Below, piece by piece: positions 63,506-64,000 of a DNA stretch of 64,000 nt; position 1 is the stretch's first letter, and each line of letters starts with the position of its first letter. The position numbers were made by a program, and so were the translations under genes. Source of the DNA: Candidatus Magasanikiibacteriota bacterium (lineage in GTDB: Bacteria; Patescibacteriota; Patescibacteriia; Magasanikbacterales; UBA922); contig JAKITS010000001.1 in assembly GCA_021648085.1 (NCBI GenBank), forward strand, positions 618,759 to 682,758, in the 5' to 3' direction. The notes under the pieces are model-generated. The model saw nothing but the letters and a program-made list of their open reading frames with translations. It had not been told where the DNA came from and did no database searches.

Positions 63506-64000
63506 GTGAATATTGTAGGAAATAAACACTCAAAATATATTCATATTTTAGTAGCAAAACAAAAAAGAGTTCAACTGATATTAGAAATTCAATTTAGTTT
63601 AAAATCTATTACAAAGACAGAGACAAAAAAAGAGGAATATCATTTATCAGAAAAAGTACTTTTTATCAGACCTTACCTCCTTATTAAAGGGGTGGAAGCG
63701 AAATACAACTTTCCCGCCGAAGCAAATGAATATGATTTGAGAAAAGCTTATCAACTAATGGTTCTTTTGGTAAATTCTATAAAAATTAGAGGTTTTAATT
63801 TTATAAGCAAAATAGAAGATGCACTCGAAGAAAAAAATTTGAAAAAGATTTCCAACTGGCTCGGCAAAGACCATAGTCAAGAGCAAGTTCAAGAAATGTT
63901 AAGTCGTAGACTAAAAAATCCTTTTAAAAAGAATATACGCTCTACAAGAGCAACTAAAACAACTACTGCAAACCTTCTTATAACAACAAAAGGTGAACCC
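63506..64000 (+). CDS. Hypothetical protein, partial (runs off window; SD-led ORFan)
   Basis: TTGACT-17-TAATAT promoter, AAAGGAG SD, GTG start, 165 open codons to window end. Confidence 0.65.
   Translation, partial: MNIVGNKHSKYIHILVAKQKRVQLILEIQFSLKSITKTETKKEEYHLSEKVLFIRPYLLIKGVEAKYNFPAEANEYDLRKAYQLMVLLVNSIKIRGFNFISKIEDALEEKNLKKISNWLGKDHSQEQVQEMLSRRLKNPFKKNIRSTRATKTTTANLLITTKGEP

Overview
Low-GC bacterial chromosome segment using the standard genetic code (TGA is a stop). The gene set resembles Patescibacteria/CPR: DUF4012, DUF3048, a Gmad2-GerMN protein, an orphan peptide-binding protein next to secG, and a GT4/priming-glycosyltransferase cluster. This taxonomy is an inference. The window holds the 5' end of 16S rRNA, three tRNAs (Lys-CTT, Arg-TCG, Asn-GTT) and many core genes: trmD, fusA-rpsG-rpsL, rpmB, ndk, pcrA, tgt, mltG, rpmF-nusB-rnc, typA, rlmN, ddl, trpS, rnj, secG, rpmE, prfA-prmC, rplY, rodA and gyrB. 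No CRISPR array, integrase or transposase was recognised. The main unexplained pattern is a two-tier gene architecture. The core genes I checked start from A/T-rich leaders with no Shine-Dalgarno. About 15 interspersed lineage-specific ORFs sit in cassettes with a sigma70 promoter, often a boxA-like GTTCTTT(T/A)A(C/A)A element, a strong SD and a terminator. Other highlights: a short Zot/inovirus-pI-like fragment lying antisense in a 3' UTR, an unannotated 28-aa Cys-rich peptide gene, a divergent tandem paralog array, an Imm5-like gene with a 189-bp duplication, and several structured non-coding elements.
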